Below are positions 7,153 through 15,121 of a DNA stretch of 15,651 nucleotides, in pieces. The notes under the pieces were generated by a model. The model had not been told where the DNA came from and searched no databases. It worked only from the letters and a program-made list of their open reading frames with translations. The position numbers were made by a program, and so were the translations under genes. This DNA is from Spirochaetaceae bacterium (lineage in GTDB: Bacteria; Spirochaetota; Spirochaetia; DSM-27196; PXBQ01): contig REEC01000072.1 in NCBI GenBank assembly GCA_007695285.1, positions 1 to 15,651 on the forward strand, in the 5' to 3' direction. How positions within the stretch are numbered: the stretch's first letter is position 1; each line of letters begins with the position of its first letter.

Positions 7153-8233
7153 GTCGGTGCTCCTCATTGCCGAGTCCGGCCGGAGTTCGCACCGCCCCGG
7201 CGTGTGGTACGATGTACCGCACGGAAAAACCGTCGTGCCCGGAGACGGTGATCGTGCCCCCACGTTTTACGACTCGGCTGCGTATTCCGCCAAGTCCGAG
7301 ACCGTCGCGAATCGTCGCCGCCCCGATTCCATCGTCGGTGTACACGACACGGACACGCTTCGGATCGACGGTTATCGTGATTTGGATCAATGTGGCGCGC
7401 GAGTGCCGCGCCGCGTTCGTGAGCAATTCGCGCGTGTTCGCGATGATGAGCTCGCGCACGTCCTCGTCCAAGGCGATGAACATTTCATCGTCGAGTGAGA
7501 GCTCGACCGGACAGAACCGATACTCGGCGACGATACGTCTGATTGTCATGGCATCCGAATCGACTCGTGGCCGAAGATCGTGCACGGTCTCGCGCACCAA
7601 CTCGATCGTCCCGGAGAGCGCCTCGATCGCGGTTGTCAGCATCCCACCCGCGCGCGCAGGCTCGCGCGCGTGCAACTTCTCGGCGGCGCGGAGTTGGATC
7701 AGGATACCCGTCAGTCGATGGCCGACGTTGTCGTGGATCATGTGCGCTATCCGTGTTCTCTCGGCGCGTTCGGTTGCGTGGATCAGCTCGTGCGACGTCG
7801 AGTCGAGCCGCCGTTGCGTCTCGAGTAATCGATATCGCGCGCGACGCTCCCGGTCGAACGCACCGAGGTTGCGACTCTCTGAGCGTTCGGCGCTGCGCAC
7901 GGTGTACCCGAGCGCGGCGGCGGAAAAGGAGGCAAGCACGAGGATCGGCGCGGCGTCCCGCGAAACGAACAACGCCGCACCGGCGGTGAGCGCAGCGGCA
8001 CACGCGAGGCCAACCTGAAGACGTGAGACACCGTACGCCAGGTCGAGGACTGCGGAAATCGAGAGCGCGCCAAACACCGGGTCCACGGCGATTATTACAA
8101 CGCACGCGATTGCCTTCACGACCGCAGCCCACGCGCTCCGGCCGAATCTATGGTGCGCGATCTCCACGGCCCCTGCGGCGAGCAGGATCGATACGGAGAT
8201 CGCGTCGACGCGGCCGGTCAGAGCCATTGCCAC
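7145..8233 (-). CDS. sensor histidine kinase, HisKA_3/NarL-type (LiaS/DesK/VraS-like), intramembrane-sensing
   Basis: ~110 aa N-terminal hydrophobic region (about 4 TM) with no obvious periplasmic domain. H-box ERTRIAHMIHDNVGHRL, then HATPase_c (ELLTNAARHS...DDGIG...GLGLGG). GTG/ATG start at 8233/8227 has no clear SD. Confidence 0.8.
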   Translation of the reverse strand: MAMALTGRVDAISVSILLAAGAVEIAHHRFGRSAWAAVVKAIACVVIIAVDPVFGALSISAVLDLAYGVSRLQVGLACAAALTAGAALFVSRDAAPILVLASFSAAALGYTVRSAERSESRNLGAFDRERRARYRLLETQRRLDSTSHELIHATERAERTRIAHMIHDNVGHRLTGILIQLRAAEKLHAREPARAGGMLTTAIEALSGTIELVRETVHDLRPRVDSDAMTIRRIVAEYRFCPVELSLDDEMFIALDEDVRELIIANTRELLTNAARHSRATLIQITITVDPKRVRVVYTDDGIGAATIRDGLGLGGIRSRVVKRGGTITVSGHDGFSVRYIVPHAGAVRTPAGLGNEEHRHD

Positions 8234-8300
8234 GCCGATCGAGATAAACGCCGCGATCTTGACGAGCGATCGTACGATAACGGGCCTCCGGTACGCGATT

Positions 8301-9215
8301 CTACACGACGCGTGTCATCCCGTCACCGTGCCGGAACGGCCACGCGCTTCGACCGGTGGACGCGCCAAAAGTCTCGTCATCGATCTCGAGAAGCCGTTGT
8401 ATCCGCTGCTCGGTCGACGGATGACTACGAAGCAGTGCACCCGACTCTTTTTTCTGCGTCGGCATCAGGACGCTGAAAATTCCGGTCCGCGGCGATTCGA
8501 TCGATCTCAGCGCGGAGGCCAGACCGCGTGCGTCACCCGTGATCCGCGCGGCGGTCGCATCGGCCGCGAACTCCCTGTTCCGCATCAGCGAAAAATGCAG
8601 CGCAAGGCTGATGAACGGCGCAAAAACCGCCATCCCGACGAATCCCCACGGAAACGGTTCACCGGCCATGAAGAGAAACGGGAACCCGATCAGTATCAAA
8701 ATCTGCCCCATCTGCGAAAGCGCGAGCGTCGATTGGCGGACGCTCTCGGCGACCGTTAGAATTCGCAGGTCGTCGTTCGCGATATGGGCGATCTCGTGCG
8801 CGAGCACACCTTCGAGTTCACGCCCCGACAACCTCTGCAAAAGGCCGCTCGTGATCACGACCGACGGGTCTTTGCGGCCACCGACCGTGAGCGCGTTCGG
8901 CGTCGGCGACGGGAGAACGAAAAGCCGCGGGACTTTTTCGATTTCGGCCTCGCGCGCCAAACGCACGACAGCGTCTACGAGAAACGGCGCCGACTCGTAA
9001 CGGACCGCGACCGCCTGCGAAAGAAGGCGCGCGTGTCCGAACCGGGCCGCGTGCACGAGCGACAAAACGCTTACCCCCAGAACGAGCATCATGCCGGCTC
9101 TTCCGAGCGTATACCGACCGAGAAACACAAAGATCCCGAGCATCGCTGCAATCACGATGATCGCGTAGATGTAACCGCCGATCAAACTGCTTCCGGTTGT
9201 TCGGTCCGTTCTCAT
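8301..9215 (-). CDS. htpX: membrane zinc metalloprotease HtpX (peptidase M48)
   Basis: HEIAH (HExxH) plus downstream NREFAAD third-ligand motif. Two N-terminal and two central TM segments typical of HtpX. GGAGAGAGG lies 6 nt before the ATG at 9215. Confidence 0.85.
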   Translation of the reverse strand: MRTDRTTGSSLIGGYIYAIIVIAAMLGIFVFLGRYTLGRAGMMLVLGVSVLSLVHAARFGHARLLSQAVAVRYESAPFLVDAVVRLAREAEIEKVPRLFVLPSPTPNALTVGGRKDPSVVITSGLLQRLSGRELEGVLAHEIAHIANDDLRILTVAESVRQSTLALSQMGQILILIGFPFLFMAGEPFPWGFVGMAVFAPFISLALHFSLMRNREFAADATAARITGDARGLASALRSIESPRTGIFSVLMPTQKKESGALLRSHPSTEQRIQRLLEIDDETFGASTGRSAWPFRHGDGMTRVV

Positions 9216-9406
9216 GTCAGCCTCTCTCCCCTACAATGCTGCAAAAAGCGTGCCGAAGAGCGTTGTTTGATAAACTTCTACACCACAGGAAGATAAGCGG
9301 CCGGCGACTCGACGGATTTAGGGTATCACACTCCGGTCTGGCGCACATTGACGCACTCCGGCAAAAACAGAGTCACAATGACACACGGAAACACGAAGAC
9401 TCGGCG

Positions 9407-10234
9407 TCACCGCACCGTCGCGGGAGAACCGGAAAGTTTTTCGCCGAAAAACACGCGGAGCTCGTTCCACGCCGCCCCGGCCGCGCCTCCGGCCGCGATC
9501 GCCTCCGCACCGGTGACAAATGCGTGACCAACGTCGTCGTAGATCGTGACACGGTGTGAGACGCCGATTTCGCTCAACGCCGACGCAAACCGCTCGACTC
9601 CGTCGAGTGGAATCGAGCGGTCGCGACGCCCGAACACGCCGAGCACCGGCGTCTCGAACGAGCCGAGTTCTTCGACGCTCTGAGGCACTGCGCCGTAAAA
9701 CACCGCGACCGCGGCGAGATCAGGGTTCTCGAGCGCGTATCGCATTCCGTGCCGCCCGCCAAAACAGAACCCGACAAGCCCGATCGAGTCGCGAGCGACG
9801 TCGTCGCGGTCGCGCAGCCACGCGAAGGCCGCATCAAGATCGGTGATCACGCGGTTCCGATCGACGGTCGCCGAGAGAACGATCGCGCGAGGAATCCAGC
9901 CGGTCGAGGCACCGCGGTAGAGGTCAGGAGCGATCACGACGTACCCGTCGGAAGCGAGCAGATCGGCCTTCTCGATGATCGATCGCCGCAGGCCAAAAAA
10001 CTCGTGTACCATTATCACCGCGGGGTGTGGACCGGGTCCGTCGGGCACCGCGACGTAGCCACGAATCACCGCACCGTTCGCGCCGGCGATTGATATATCC
10101 GTGTTCGTGAGCTCCTCAACGCGCCCACCGCCGATCGCTGCGTCGATCACGATCGATACGGCGACGATCGCCGCGAACGACACACCGACGATCACGACAC
10201 CCAGCACTATTCTCATCGGAAGACTCATCTTCAT
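9407..10234 (-). CDS. dienelactone hydrolase-family protein (alpha/beta hydrolase), N-terminally membrane-anchored
   Basis: GFCFGG nucleophile elbow (Cys) and DDVGHAF His motif. N-terminal TM/signal MKMSLPMRIVLGVVIVGVSFAAIVAV. The ORF-track N-terminal extension runs through the terminator hairpin, so the start is placed at 10234. Confidence 0.75.
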   Translation of the reverse strand: MKMSLPMRIVLGVVIVGVSFAAIVAVSIVIDAAIGGGRVEELTNTDISIAGANGAVIRGYVAVPDGPGPHPAVIMVHEFFGLRRSIIEKADLLASDGYVVIAPDLYRGASTGWIPRAIVLSATVDRNRVITDLDAAFAWLRDRDDVARDSIGLVGFCFGGRHGMRYALENPDLAAVAVFYGAVPQSVEELGSFETPVLGVFGRRDRSIPLDGVERFASALSEIGVSHRVTIYDDVGHAFVTGAEAIAAGGAAGAAWNELRVFFGEKLSGSPATVR

Positions 10235-10270
10235 ACTCAAAAAGTACACCCGCACGGACATCCGGGGAAC

Positions 10271-10302
10271 AAAAAAGCCGCACACAAGGTGCGGCTTTTT
10301 TG
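10271..10302. terminator. bidirectional rho-independent terminator AAAAAAGCCGCAC-acaag-GTGCGGCTTTTTT
   Basis: 7-bp GC-rich stem (10277-10283 / 10289-10295) with a 5-nt loop, flanked by A6 and T6/7. Further extendable by GGAAC/GTTCC. Lies 60 nt downstream of the OMP gene end (10363). Confidence 0.65.
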
Positions 10303-10362
10303 TTCCGGACGGCCCGGAGAGGCCCATCCGCGACGGATGAGCGCGAGGAAGAGCCGAAAGGA

Positions 10363-11088
10363 CTAGAAAATCAACTTGAAACCAACCGTAACACGATAGT
10401 CGCGAACCGAGATGTCCTCGAGCCGCCGGACTTCGGACTCGGTAACAGTTCCGGACTTGGTGTCTCCACCTGATCCGGGTGTTTCGTACTTGCTATCACC
10501 TGCGGTATCTTCGGTGACGACCCATCTCATTTTGTGATTATTGAACTCAGGTTGGCCGGTCGGGATGTTATAGTTCACTTTCGTGAATATCCCGAGCCTG
10601 CGCAGGTTAATGCCGAGCCCCGCGCCGACCGTGTAGTACGGCTGCTGACTGATCGGTTCGCCCGGGTCCGGATCCCACTTGCTGTCGGCGGCGAAGTCAC
10701 GTACGACCGACCCGATCCCGATCTCGAGGAACGGATCGATGAACGACGTCGAACGGAAAAGGTGATATACGAGGTAGAAGTTGACGTCCATATCGACCAA
10801 TTCTACCGAATCACCCAAACTGTCCCAACCACCGCCCGTGGGCTCCCAGAAGCTCATGTTGAGCGCGCCGCCGAGGCCGAGGTTACGGCCGAGCAGCTCG
10901 ATCTGGCCGCCGTAGTACACGCCTTCGCCGCTTCTGAATTGATCCGCGATCGACCGACCGTCGCTATCGCCCCACTCCTCCTCGGAGTAGTACAACGACC
11001 CGGACGCGCCGAGCGTCAACCGGATCTGTCCAAACGCTACCGATCCGACGAGGATAAACATGGCTATAAGAAACGCCGCTTTTTTCAT
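10363..11088 (-). CDS. outer-membrane beta-barrel protein (porin-like), signal peptide, C-terminal Phe
   Basis: MKKAAFLIAMFILVGSVAFGQ signal peptide. Alternating Gly/Tyr/Asp-rich strands. Terminal ...VGFKLIF ends in Phe (a BAM recognition signature). GGAG lies 7 nt before the ATG at 11088; the ORF-track extension to 11241 is unlikely. Confidence 0.6.
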   Translation of the reverse strand: MKKAAFLIAMFILVGSVAFGQIRLTLGASGSLYYSEEEWGDSDGRSIADQFRSGEGVYYGGQIELLGRNLGLGGALNMSFWEPTGGGWDSLGDSVELVDMDVNFYLVYHLFRSTSFIDPFLEIGIGSVVRDFAADSKWDPDPGEPISQQPYYTVGAGLGINLRRLGIFTKVNYNIPTGQPEFNNHKMRWVVTEDTAGDSKYETPGSGGDTKSGTVTESEVRRLEDISVRDYRVTVGFKLIF

Positions 11089-11120
11089 GACAAACTCCTG
11101 CTCACAATCTATACCGCCTA

Positions 11121-11148
11121 ACAATACCACGTTTTGTGCGTTCGTCAA
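11121..11148 (-). promoter_or_regulatory. candidate sigma70 promoter for OMP gene: TTGACG (11148-11143), N16, TATTGT (11126-11121)
   Basis: Hexamers 5/6 and 4/6 with a 16-nt spacer, ~25-30 nt upstream of the start at 11088. Confidence 0.3.
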
Positions 11149-11234
11149 TGAAATATAGAAAACTCTTGACATTTTCGAGCGCGGAACATCGGCGAGCGCG
11201 CATACAGGCTCGGGACAAAACATCCGACATAACG

Positions 11235-11263
11235 TTGACAACTCGATTCGTCCATCGTATACT
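11235..11263 (+). promoter_or_regulatory. sigma70 promoter for GntR-SPFH operon: TTGACA (11235-11240), N17, TATACT (11258-11263)
   Basis: Perfect -35, 5/6 -10, ideal 17-nt spacer. Divergent from the OMP promoter. Confidence 0.5.
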
Positions 11264-11270
11264 CACAGTG

Positions 11271-11283
11271 TATTAGTCTAATA
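11271..11283 (+). promoter_or_regulatory. palindromic operator TATTAG-t-CTAATA overlapping predicted +1, likely GntR autoregulation site
   Basis: Perfect 6-1-6 inverted repeat starting 8 nt after the -10. GntR/YtrA regulators bind short AT-rich palindromes overlapping their own promoters. Confidence 0.35.
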
Positions 11284-11315
11284 GTACAATTCAGCGCGAG
11301 TACGGACCGAAGGCG

Positions 11316-11747
11316 ATGAGTACGATGGAAAAGCCGAAGATAGAACAGAAACCGAAAAAAGGGCCGATCAAGATCGCGCTCGATCCGACGACCGGGATTC
11401 CGTTTTACCGGCAGATCATCCTTCAGATCGAGATGGCGCTCGCCGACGGACGACTCACGGCAGGCACGCAGTTGCCGACGGTCCGAGGTCTCGCGGTCGA
11501 CCTACAGGTCAACCCGAACACGGTGGCGCGCGCGTACAACGAGCTCGAGATACGCGGGCTCGTCAGCACGCAACACGGAACCGGGACGTTCATCAGCGAC
11601 AAGACCGTGACGATACCCGACGTCGAACGCGAGCAAGTTCTGTCGCAGTTGGCCCGAGGCTTTGTGAGTCAGGCCTCGTCGTACGGCTTCACGGTCGAAG
11701 ATATCGTGAAGCACCTCACCGATTATCGGGAGCAGGAGAGAAAATGA
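11316..11747 (+). CDS. GntR-family transcriptional regulator, YtrA-like subfamily (short C-terminal domain)
   Basis: wHTH IPFYRQIILQIEMALADGRLTAGTQLPTVRGLAVDLQVNPNTVARAYNELEIRGLVSTQHGTGTFI. Total 143 aa with only ~50 aa of effector/dimer domain, typical of YtrA-type. The stop overlaps the next gene's ATG (ATGA). Confidence 0.8.
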   Translation: MSTMEKPKIEQKPKKGPIKIALDPTTGIPFYRQIILQIEMALADGRLTAGTQLPTVRGLAVDLQVNPNTVARAYNELEIRGLVSTQHGTGTFISDKTVTIPDVEREQVLSQLARGFVSQASSYGFTVEDIVKHLTDYREQERK

Positions 11748-12877
11748 AAACGATCGGATCGCAGTTCGGCAGAATCAAAAACCTGCCGAGAATCGAGTTT
11801 CCAAAGCATTTTTCGTTCTCAACGTTGTCCGCGGCCGTGCTCGCGGTTTTTTTCGCCGGCGCGCTCGCCGCGCAGACAGTTCTTGGTCCGGGCCTCACGG
11901 CAAACGACGTAACGATGCTCGCCGGAGCGGCGGTCGGTACGGCCGTTGTGCTGGTCTTTCTTCCGTTGTGGCCGGTCGTGTTCGCGATGATCATCGCGCT
12001 TTGGGCGGGAATGCAGTTTCACGTCGAAACCGACCTCGTCGCAGCGCTGATCCCGATGAGCCTCGGGCTGCTCATCGCTCCGTGTTTCCAGATAGTCGAC
12101 CAATGGGACAAGGTCGTAATTCTGCGGCTCGGGCGATTCAAGCGCGTATTTGGGCCCGGGCCGTACGTGTTATTCCCCGTGATCGACACCGTCGCGCGTT
12201 TCGTCGATATGCGCATCCGCGCGACCGACTTCTCGGCTGAGAAGTCGCTCTCGAAGGATACCGTCCCGGTTCACGTCGACGCGCTCGCGTTCTGGATGAT
12301 CTGGGACGCGCAGAAGGCGATCCTCGAGGTCGAGAACTACGTCGATGCCGTGACGCTATCTGCGCAGACCGCGCTTCGCGACTCGATCGGCAAGAACGAT
12401 CTCGCGACTCTTCTGAGCGAGCGCGAGCGGCTCGGATCCGAAATCCAGTCGGTGCTCGATGCCAAGACAAGCCCGTGGGGAATCACGATTCTCTCGATCG
12501 AGTTCACGGAGGTTCTGATCCCGAAGGAACTCGAGGACGCGCTCAGCAAACAAGCGCAGGCCGAACGCGAACGGCAGTCGCGCATCATTCTCGGCTCGGC
12601 CGAGGTCGAGATCGCGAAAAAATTCGAGGAAGCGTCCGAACGGTATAAGGAAAACCCGACTGCGTTCCAGCTCCGCGCGATGAACATGATCTACGACAGC
12701 ATCCGTACCCACGGCTCGATGGTGTTGGTCCCGAGTTCGGCGATCGACTCGATGAGCCTCGGCTCGACGATGGGCGCCGCTGCGCTGCAGAAAATCCAGG
12801 CCGCCGAGAAGACAGGGGCACCTCTTTCCGCACCCGACGATGGCCGCTCGACGGACAGTGATCCGACGGCCGAATAA
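11744..12877 (+). CDS. SPFH/band-7 (stomatin/prohibitin-like) membrane protein with extended multi-TM N-terminus
   Basis: SPFH core VDQWDKVVILRLGRFKRVFGPGPYVLFPVIDTV...VPVHVDALAFWMIWDAQKAILEVENYV...GITILSIEFTEVLIP, then a coiled-coil QAQAERERQSRIILGSAEVEIAKKFEEA. ~115 aa N-terminal hydrophobic region with about 3-4 TM segments. Confidence 0.8.
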   Translation: MKTIGSQFGRIKNLPRIEFPKHFSFSTLSAAVLAVFFAGALAAQTVLGPGLTANDVTMLAGAAVGTAVVLVFLPLWPVVFAMIIALWAGMQFHVETDLVAALIPMSLGLLIAPCFQIVDQWDKVVILRLGRFKRVFGPGPYVLFPVIDTVARFVDMRIRATDFSAEKSLSKDTVPVHVDALAFWMIWDAQKAILEVENYVDAVTLSAQTALRDSIGKNDLATLLSERERLGSEIQSVLDAKTSPWGITILSIEFTEVLIPKELEDALSKQAQAERERQSRIILGSAEVEIAKKFEEASERYKENPTAFQLRAMNMIYDSIRTHGSMVLVPSSAIDSMSLGSTMGAAALQKIQAAEKTGAPLSAPDDGRSTDSDPTAE

Positions 12878-12956
12878 CCGGCCCGCAGCGTTTTCCGTCT
12901 CAACAGGTTTCACCAACCGGTTCTAAAAGACGCGCGCCGCGTGGTACACTCCGATC

Positions 12957-14141
12957 ATGACCGAAGCGCTATACTACACCGACCAAGAGATCACCGAGTT
13001 CGAGGCGCACGTCGCCAGGATCGACACCGTCGAATCGAAATTTCACGTCGTGCTCGACAAGACCGCATTCTACCCCGAGGGTGGCGGGCAACCGGCCGAC
13101 CGCGGAACGATCGACGGTATCGCTGTTGAGGACGTACGAAAACTCGACGACATCGTGCACGTCCTTTCGCGGAAGCCGAGCGGCGAGACGGTACACGGCT
13201 CCGTCGATTGGCGCCACCGATGGGACTACATGCAGCAGCACACCGCGCAGCACGTGATCTCGGCCGCGTTGTTCGCGGTCGGATCGATCGCGACGGTGTC
13301 GGTGCACCTCGGTGAACAGTATCTCACGGTAGAGACCGATAGCGCCTCGATTTCCGATGAGACAATCGAAAATGTGGTCGCGACGGTGAACCGGGTGATC
13401 GGAGAAAATCGCCCGGTACGCGCCCGCTGGGTCGACGAGGCCGAACTCGCGTCGCTCGATCTCAGGCGACCGACAAAACATACAGGACTCGTACGCATCG
13501 TCGAGATCGAGAACTTTGACCGCGTCGGCTGCGGAGGTGTGCACGCGCCGTCAACCGGAGCCGTCCGCATCGCGAACTGCGTCGGTATCGAGAAGATCCG
13601 CGGCCGCGTCCGCACGATCTGGATGGCGGGCGACCGAGCCGTGGACCACTACCGGTTAACGGCGCAGATTACGGCGGCTCTCACGGAGTTACTCTCGGCG
13701 AAGCCGCCCGAGATCGTCGGACGCGTCACGGCGACGATAGACGCGCTCAAGAACGCGGAGTATCAGGTGCGGGGGCTCACCGAAAGACTCGCTTCCGCAC
13801 ACGCGCGCGATCTGATCGAACGCGCGGAAAAAACGCCGACCGGTACGCGCGTCGTCGCCCAAGAGCTCACCGACGGGAAGGAGTACGCGCGCAGTCTCGC
13901 CGAGGCCGTGGCGGCCGAGTCGCAAACTGCCGCGTGCCTCGTTTCACGCGACGAAGCGGGTCGAGTCCTCTGGTGGATCGCCGCATCGGACGACGCCGGA
14001 CTCGACTGGACAGCCGTGCGGCGTGACCTTTTTCCGATCATCGATGCGAAAGGCGGCGGTCGACCGCCGGTGTGGCAGGGTGTCGGAGAGGGTGACACGA
14101 CGCGATTTCTCCGGGCATTCGTCGAGCTCAACCAAAAATGA
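12957..14141 (+). CDS. alaX: alanyl-tRNA editing protein AlaX (AlaX-L type; tRNA_SAD editing domain with C-terminal extension)
   Basis: HxxxH zinc motif (HTAQHVISAAL) and CxxxH (GCGGVHAPSTG). N-terminal AlaRS-like beta-barrel (FYPEGGGQPADRGTI). Length 394 aa. Confidence 0.7.
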   Translation: MTEALYYTDQEITEFEAHVARIDTVESKFHVVLDKTAFYPEGGGQPADRGTIDGIAVEDVRKLDDIVHVLSRKPSGETVHGSVDWRHRWDYMQQHTAQHVISAALFAVGSIATVSVHLGEQYLTVETDSASISDETIENVVATVNRVIGENRPVRARWVDEAELASLDLRRPTKHTGLVRIVEIENFDRVGCGGVHAPSTGAVRIANCVGIEKIRGRVRTIWMAGDRAVDHYRLTAQITAALTELLSAKPPEIVGRVTATIDALKNAEYQVRGLTERLASAHARDLIERAEKTPTGTRVVAQELTDGKEYARSLAEAVAAESQTAACLVSRDEAGRVLWWIAASDDAGLDWTAVRRDLFPIIDAKGGGRPPVWQGVGEGDTTRFLRAFVELNQK

Positions 14142-14181
14142 ACAAACCGGACACACCCGCTCCCCCAAATCGGCGCCGCTC

Positions 14182-14210
14182 TTGCGAAACCGCCGCGTCC
14201 CGCGTATTAT
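14182..14210 (+). promoter_or_regulatory. candidate sigma70 promoter TTGCGA (14182-14187), N17, TATTAT (14205-14210)
   Basis: 4/6 and 5/6 hexamers with a 17-nt spacer, ~40 nt upstream of the AAGGA-N9-GTG start at 14249. Confidence 0.35.
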
Positions 14211-14248
14211 GCAACGCCGACACCGTGCCAAATCCGAAGGAAAAGTAA

Positions 14249-14590
14249 GTGACCATCGAAGATATTTCCCGCATCATCGGCGGCCGAATCGTGGCGGCGC
14301 CGACCACATCACGCGAGCTCACGTACGGTTTTGCGTCCGACCTTATGAGCGACGTGCTCACGCTCACGGCCGAGAACGTCGTACTGGTGACCGGACTCGT
14401 TTCAAATCAAACGATCCGGACAGCCGCGATGGCCGACATCCCGGCTGTCGTTCTGGTGCGGAACAAAAAAGCAACACGCGACATCGTCAAACTCGCCGAA
14501 GATTCCGACATCGCCCTAATCGAGTGCAACACCTCCATGTTCAAAGCCGCCGGTATGCTCTACGAAGCCGGCCTGAAAGCCGTGTATTGA
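14249..14590 (+). CDS. standalone DRTGG-domain protein (~113 aa)
   Basis: Size and pattern (VVLVTGLVSNQTIRTAAMADIPAVVLVRNKKATRDIVKLAEDSDIALI) resemble the DRTGG domain found N-terminal in Pta and CBS-containing proteins. GTG start with AAGGA SD. Confidence 0.45.
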   Translation: MTIEDISRIIGGRIVAAPTTSRELTYGFASDLMSDVLTLTAENVVLVTGLVSNQTIRTAAMADIPAVVLVRNKKATRDIVKLAEDSDIALIECNTSMFKAAGMLYEAGLKAVY

Positions 14591-14618
14591 CCCACCAGCC
14601 ACACCCGCGCGATGAGGG

Positions 14619-15119
14619 CTACCACGTCGCAGCGATAACGATTTCGACCACGATTCCGTCGTTCAACGCAAACGTCAGAGCGGCGTCTCGGTTTTCATTG
14701 AACACCTCATAGTCCACACGATCGGCTCCCAACTCATGAAATCTGTCACCGTACACGGCGCGGACTGCCGATACTGGGGCACCAACGCCGATACCACGGG
14801 ACGTTCGGACTTGCGGATTTGATACCCATATCGCGTAGACGGCTCCTGTCTCCTCGATGAAAAGAACCGTGATCCCGTCGAATTCCAGCATCACCATATC
14901 CAACCCGCCATAAGGATGGTGTTGTCTGTAGCGACGTACCGGATCACCAAGAACTGAGATGAAATGATCGATGTCGTCCCGGAAGCCAAAAAGCAGACCA
15001 CCCATCAGTTCAAAAACCACATCGCCCTCCCCGGGGTGTTTCGGTGCGTCGGCTCCCCCGATTACGTCTGCTGCGACGATGCAGCAAAAAACAACAATCC
15101 AAACAAATAGCTTTTTCAT
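14619..15119 (-). CDS. exported hypothetical protein (possible lipoprotein), 166 aa
   Basis: Signal peptide MKKLFVWIVVFCCIVAAD with Cys residues near the cleavage region. No recognisable domain. Start lies 2 nt after the stop of the upstream M23 peptidase gene, suggesting translational coupling. Confidence 0.55.
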   Translation of the reverse strand: MKKLFVWIVVFCCIVAADVIGGADAPKHPGEGDVVFELMGGLLFGFRDDIDHFISVLGDPVRRYRQHHPYGGLDMVMLEFDGITVLFIEETGAVYAIWVSNPQVRTSRGIGVGAPVSAVRAVYGDRFHELGADRVDYEVFNENRDAALTFALNDGIVVEIVIAATW

Positions 15120-15121
15120 CT

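Noticed and set aside
9216-9406. Small 44-aa ORF (MCARPECDTLNPSS...) and sigma32/sigmaE-like promoter upstream of htpX
   Set aside because: The small ORF has no SD and overlaps the htpX start. I could not find convincing -35/-10 matches to sigma70, sigma32 or sigmaE in this 190-nt region, so the htpX promoter is left unassigned.
10235-10327. ORF-track N-terminal extension of the dienelactone hydrolase
   Set aside because: The extension is read straight through a strong intrinsic terminator hairpin and has no SD. The Met-Lys-Met start at 10234 begins the hydrophobic anchor.
12878-12956. Possible promoter or leaderless start for alaX (TACACT ~8 nt before ATG)
   Set aside because: There is only a weak -35, and the spacing would imply a near-leaderless mRNA. 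This is not enough evidence to call.
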